From positions 1-57,292 of the forward strand of contig JAEZSJ010000363.1 of the NCBI GenBank assembly GCA_023443985.1: a stretch of 57,292 nucleotides of DNA. The letters run 5' to 3'. A model generated the notes under the pieces. That model was not told where the DNA came from, made no database searches, and saw nothing but the letters and a program-made list of their open reading frames with translations. Positions 54,005 through 57,292 of the stretch are shown piece by piece. Made by a program: the position numbers and the translations under genes. Position 1 is the first letter of the stretch. Every line of letters starts with the position of its first letter. This DNA is from Verrucomicrobiota bacterium. GTDB taxonomy: Bacteria > Verrucomicrobiota > Verrucomicrobiia > Opitutales > Opitutaceae.

Positions 54005-55330
54005 TCAGCCGTGGAGGTAGGTGTTGAGGAGGTTCTCGAGGTACTCCTGCTTGCCGGACTTGAGTTTCGGTTCGCCGAGCTTGAAGGCGATCTTCTCGAG
54101 CTCGCGGAAGTTCGTCTTGCCCTTCTCGATGTCCTTGCCGAAGCCGGTGTCGAAGGAGGCGTAACGCTCCGCCACGAAGGCCTCGAACTTGCCCTCGGCG
54201 AGGATCTTGCGGGCGAGCTTGAACGCCAGCGCGTACGCATCCATGCCGCCGATATGCGCGTGGAAGAGATCCTCCGCGTCGATCGAGGGGCGGCGGAGCT
54301 TGGCGTCGAAGTTGAAGCCGCCCGTGCCCAGGCCGCCGGCCTTGAGGATGGAGGTCATCGCCAGCGTGAGCTCCTTGACGTCGGTGTTGAACTGGTCGGT
54401 GTCCCAGCCGAGGAGGAGGTTGCCGGTGTTGGCGTCGATCGAGCCGAGCATGCCGGCCGCCGCGGCGACCTCGATCTCGTGCTGGAAGGTGTGGCCGGCG
54501 AGCGTGGCGTGGTTCGTCTCGATGTTGAACTTGAAATGCTTGTGCAGGCCGTAGGTGCGGAGGAAGCCGATGCAGGTCGCACAGTCGAAGTCGTACTGGT
54601 GCGTGGTGGGCTCCTTCGGCTTGGGCTCGATGAGGAACTGGCCCTTGAAGCCGATCTCCTTGGCGTAGTCGACCGCCATCTGGAGCATCGCGGCGAGGTG
54701 GGCCTGCTCGCGCTTCAGATTGGTGTTGAGGAGGGTCTCGTAGCCTTCGCGGCCGCCCCAGAACACGTAGTTCTCGCCGCCGAGCTCGAGCGTGACCTCG
54801 AGGGCCTTCTTGATCTGCGCCGCGGCGTAGGCGAAGACGTGGGCGTCGGGGTTGGTGGCGGCGCCGCACATGAAGCGCGGGTTGCCGAAGAGATTGGCGG
54901 TGCCCCAGAGCAGCTTCACGCCCGTGGCCTTCTGCAGCTGCTTCGCGTGGGCGACGACCTTGTCGAGGATCTTGTTCGACTCGGCGAGCGACTTGCCCTC
55001 GGGGGCGATGTCGCGGTCGTGGAAGCACCAGAACGGCGCGCGGATCTTCTGGAAGAACTCGAAGCCGGCTTCCAGGCGCTTCAACGCCACGGAGACCGCG
55101 TCCTTGCCGGACTCCCACGGACGCACGATCGTGCCGGGGCCGAAGGGATCACCGCCCACACCGCGGAACGCGTGCCAGTAGGCGATCGAGAAACGCATGT
55201 GGTCGGCCATCGTCTGGCCGTCGACGACTTCGTCCGGGTTGTAGTGCTTGAACGCCAGAGCCTTCGTGGATTGCGGGCCCTCGAAAGCGATGGCGGGCGT
55301 TTTGAAGAAAGAAGTGGTGGTCTTTTTCAT
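54005..55330 (-). CDS. xylA: Xylose isomerase
   Basis: 441 aa. FCFHD-type [30 protein letters not shown] and the [17 protein letters not shown] motif. Confidence 0.95.
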   Translation of the reverse strand: MKKTTTSFFKTPAIAFEGPQSTKALAFKHYNPDEVVDGQTMADHMRFSIAYWHAFRGVGGDPFGPGTIVRPWESGKDAVSVALKRLEAGFEFFQKIRAPFWCFHDRDIAPEGKSLAESNKILDKVVAHAKQLQKATGVKLLWGTANLFGNPRFMCGAATNPDAHVFAYAAAQIKKALEVTLELGGENYVFWGGREGYETLLNTNLKREQAHLAAMLQMAVDYAKEIGFKGQFLIEPKPKEPTTHQYDFDCATCIGFLRTYGLHKHFKFNIETNHATLAGHTFQHEIEVAAAAGMLGSIDANTGNLLLGWDTDQFNTDVKELTLAMTSILKAGGLGTGGFNFDAKLRRPSIDAEDLFHAHIGGMDAYALAFKLARKILAEGKFEAFVAERYASFDTGFGKDIEKGKTNFRELEKIAFKLGEPKLKSGKQEYLENLLNTYLHG

Positions 55331-55416
55331 GGGAAAGGCCGGGGGTTATGCCGGGGCGAGGGGCGCGAGTCGAGCGGTCAGCATTCACCCTCTCAATCGA
55401 GGCAGAATGCTAACGG

Positions 55417-55447
55417 TAGAATTGCGCTTCGCCGCGGCGCTGTTCTA
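55417..55447. promoter_or_regulatory. Imperfect 31-nt palindrome immediately upstream of the LacI gene
   Basis: TAGAATTGCGCTTCGCCGCGGCGCTGTTCTA; 11 of 15 arm positions are complementary. Ends 10 nt before ATG 55458. Confidence 0.3.
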
Positions 55448-55457
55448 GCGTGCTGCG

Positions 55458-56483
55458 ATGAACCGCCCCCGCGTCACCCTCGCCGACATCGCCGCCAAGG
55501 CCGGCGTGCACGTGACGACCGTCTCGCTCGCCCTGCGCAACAGCCCCCGCCTGCCCGCGGCCACGCGGGAGCGCATCCGCAAACTCGCCGACCAGCTCGG
55601 CTACGCCCCCGACCCGATGCTCCAGGCGCTCGTCGCCTACCGCAGCGGCTCGGCCGTGCGCCGCAGCCCCCCCACCCTCGCGTACGTGACCAACTGGAAC
55701 ACCCGCATGGGCTGGCGCGAGGTCACCGCGCATCCGGATTTCTATGCCGGCGCCGAGGGCCGTGCCAGGGAGCTCGGCTACAACCTCGAGCATTTCTGGA
55801 TGCGCGAACCGGGGCTCACCCACGGCCGCCTCAGCCGCATCCTCCACACCCGCGGCATCAACGGCGTCATCATCGCCTCGCATGTGCGCGAAATCGATGT
55901 CGCGCTGCAGTTCGACTGGAGCCGTTTCGCCGCCGTCAAGATCGACTACTTCCCCCACGAGCCGCAGCTGCCTGTCGTCACCAACGATCAACTTCAGATC
56001 ATCCGCCTCGCCATGCAGAAGGTGCTGGCGCGCGGCTACCGGCGGATCGGCTTCGTCATGGACGAGGGCTGGGACATCACCGTCGACCACCTCTACCAGG
56101 CGGGCTTCCTCTGGGAACAGCGCTCGCTCGCCCACGAGGACCGCCTGCCGCCCTACCTCATCCCGAACAAGGAGTCCCTCGCCGACTGGATCCGCCGCAA
56201 CCGGCCCGACGTGTTGATCGGCAAGACGGAGTTCGTCGCCGAGACGTTCAAGGCGATGAAGCTGCGCATCCCGCAGGATCTCGCCTTCGTGGACATCTTC
56301 CTGGACGACCAGAGCGGCAGGACTGCCGGCGTCGTCCAGAACCACACCGAGGTCGGCCGCCTGGCGGTCGAACTGCTCGCGGGCCAGCTCCAGCAGAACA
56401 AATACGGCATCCCCTCCATCCCGACCACGACCTACGTCGAGGGCACGTGGCGCGACGGGCGCTCGCTGCCGCCCAAGGCCTGA
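55458..56483 (+). CDS. LacI-family transcriptional regulator
   Basis: MNRPRVTLADIAAKAGVHVTTVSLALRNSPRLPAATRERIRKLADQLGYAPDP is a LacI HTH. 341 aa. Divergent from xylA. Confidence 0.88.
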   Translation: MNRPRVTLADIAAKAGVHVTTVSLALRNSPRLPAATRERIRKLADQLGYAPDPMLQALVAYRSGSAVRRSPPTLAYVTNWNTRMGWREVTAHPDFYAGAEGRARELGYNLEHFWMREPGLTHGRLSRILHTRGINGVIIASHVREIDVALQFDWSRFAAVKIDYFPHEPQLPVVTNDQLQIIRLAMQKVLARGYRRIGFVMDEGWDITVDHLYQAGFLWEQRSLAHEDRLPPYLIPNKESLADWIRRNRPDVLIGKTEFVAETFKAMKLRIPQDLAFVDIFLDDQSGRTAGVVQNHTEVGRLAVELLAGQLQQNKYGIPSIPTTTYVEGTWRDGRSLPPKA

Positions 56484-56494
56484 GCACCGCGGGA

Positions 56495-56512
56495 GTGTTG
56501 CACGTTCAACAC
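56495..56512. promoter_or_regulatory. Candidate LacI-type operator, near-perfect 18-nt palindrome
   Basis: GTGTTGCACGTTCAACAC; 16 of 18 positions are symmetric. Lies 12 nt after the LacI stop and 87 nt before the kdgK ATG. Confidence 0.45.
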
Positions 56513-56598
56513 ATTGACCGTCCGACGCCCTTGCCCTCCCCGCCCGGCGTCGCATCGAGTACCCCTGTCCGAACGCAACCACCCGATCACCGAATCCC

Positions 56599-57292
56599 AT
56601 GAGTCTCCCCATCAAACCCGCCGCCCAGTGCGCCTTCGACCAGATCTCGCTCGGCGAAGTGATGCTCCGCCTCGATCCCGGCGAGGGCCGCATCCGCACC
56701 GCCCGCCAGTTCACCGCCTGGGAAGGCGGCGGTGAATACAACACCTCGCGCGGCCTGCGCAAATGCTTCGGCCTGAAAACCGCCGTCTGCACCGCCTTCG
56801 TCGACAACGAGGTCGGCCACCTCGTCGAGGACTTCATCATGCAGGGCGGCGTCGCGACCGACTTCATCAAGTGGCGCGAGGACGACGGCATCGGCCGCAC
56901 CATTCGCAACGGCCTCAACTTCACCGAACGCGGCTTCGGCGTGCGCGGCGCCGTGGGCGTCTCCGACCGCGGCAACACCGCCGCCTCCCAGCTCAAGCCG
57001 GGCGACTTCGACTGGCAGCACATCTTCGGCAAGCTCGGCGTGCGCTGGCTGCACACCGGCGGCATCTTCGCCGCCCTCTCCGCCACCACCGCCGACCTCG
57101 TGATCGAGGCCGTCAAGGCCGCCAAGCAGCACGGCACCATCGTATCCTACGATCTCAATTACCGCCCCTCGCTCTGGAAATCCATCGGCGGCCTCAAGAA
57201 GGCCCAGGAGGTCAACCGCGAGATCGCCAAGTACGTCGACGTCATGATCGGCAACGAGGAGGACTTCACCGCCTCGCTCGGCTTCGAGGTCA
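56599..57292 (+). CDS. kdgK: PfkB-family sugar kinase, 2-dehydro-3-deoxygluconokinase-like (partial, runs off the right edge)
   Basis: Not in the ORF track because no stop lies in the window. My translation from ATG 56599 reads MSLPIKPAAQCAFDQISLGEVMLRLDPGEGRIRTARQFTAWEGGGEYNTSRGL...YDLNYRPSLW...VMIGNEEDF. Confidence 0.8.
   Translation, partial: MSLPIKPAAQCAFDQISLGEVMLRLDPGEGRIRTARQFTAWEGGGEYNTSRGLRKCFGLKTAVCTAFVDNEVGHLVEDFIMQGGVATDFIKWREDDGIGRTIRNGLNFTERGFGVRGAVGVSDRGNTAASQLKPGDFDWQHIFGKLGVRWLHTGGIFAALSATTADLVIEAVKAAKQHGTIVSYDLNYRPSLWKSIGGLKKAQEVNREIAKYVDVMIGNEEDFTASLGFEV

Noticed and set aside
53977-54240. Upstream part of track ORF 51850..54240
   Set aside because: It overlaps the 3' end of xylA and is Arg/Ser-rich. 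The GH52 homology starts at ATG 53976.
53960-56602. 880-aa plus-strand ORF, with similar ones at 41551-43431, 45511-47271, 50064-51929, 51769-54027 and 11094-12917
   Set aside because: All are antisense shadows of well-supported minus-strand genes (xylA, GH43, GH67, symporter, GH52, GT28/SDR).
1-57292. CRISPR arrays, tRNA/rRNA genes, transposases, integrases, toxin-antitoxin pairs and recognisable phage-defence genes
   Set aside because: I saw no regularly spaced direct repeats, no tRNA-like T-arm signatures in the intergenic regions I read, and no ORF with a transposase, integrase, nuclease-ATPase or defence hallmark motif. The absence is judged by eye only, so a covariance-model or HMM scan could still find small RNAs.

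Overview
High-GC (about 65-75% on sampled lines) bacterial chromosomal segment. SusD-less giant TonB-dependent receptors, LacI-type regulators and few Shine-Dalgarno sites suggest a Verrucomicrobia/Opitutaceae-like Gram-negative; this is inference only. All calls rest on reading the six-frame track and recognising motifs from memory; no search was run.

I call 44 CDS (3 tentative), 5 intrinsic terminators, one short dispersed intergenic repeat (2 copies) and a few candidate cis-elements. I saw no rRNA, tRNA, CRISPR array, transposase or integrase.

Layout:
- 1-5.0 kb: a lower-GC glycosyltransferase patch, a methyltransferase, a methyltransferase-GT2 fusion and an orphan REC-metallo-beta-lactamase response regulator.
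- 5.1-15.4 kb: FabV plus a serine-palmitoyltransferase-like alpha-oxoamine synthase, converging on a six-gene operon (ACP-dehydratase fusion, KAS, SDR, GT28, two GT4).
- 15.5-28.7 kb: housekeeping and miscellaneous genes (rpmB, murJ, CsgG-like, split pta, ArsR-methyltransferase fusion, YmdB, ilvB, cysE).
- 28.8-37 kb: two tandem ~1,240-aa TonB-dependent receptor paralogs, each with its own terminator, sharing a conserved upstream region; a LacI regulator lies divergent to them.
- 38-41.5 kb: an operon of membrane protein, frame-switched segment, DegT aminotransferase and trpF.
- 41.7-57.3 kb: an eight-gene glucuronoxylan-oligosaccharide utilisation operon (xylA, GH52, GPH symporter, two GH8, GH67, SASA esterase, GH43), then LacI and kdgK.

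Best candidate for something undescribed: the 6.1-15.4 kb lipid/glycolipid cluster. Next come the conserved receptor leaders with their TTGGGGAA octamers and the purine-rich intergenic repeat/hairpin.

Many very long antisense ORFs in the track are GC-driven shadows and were rejected.
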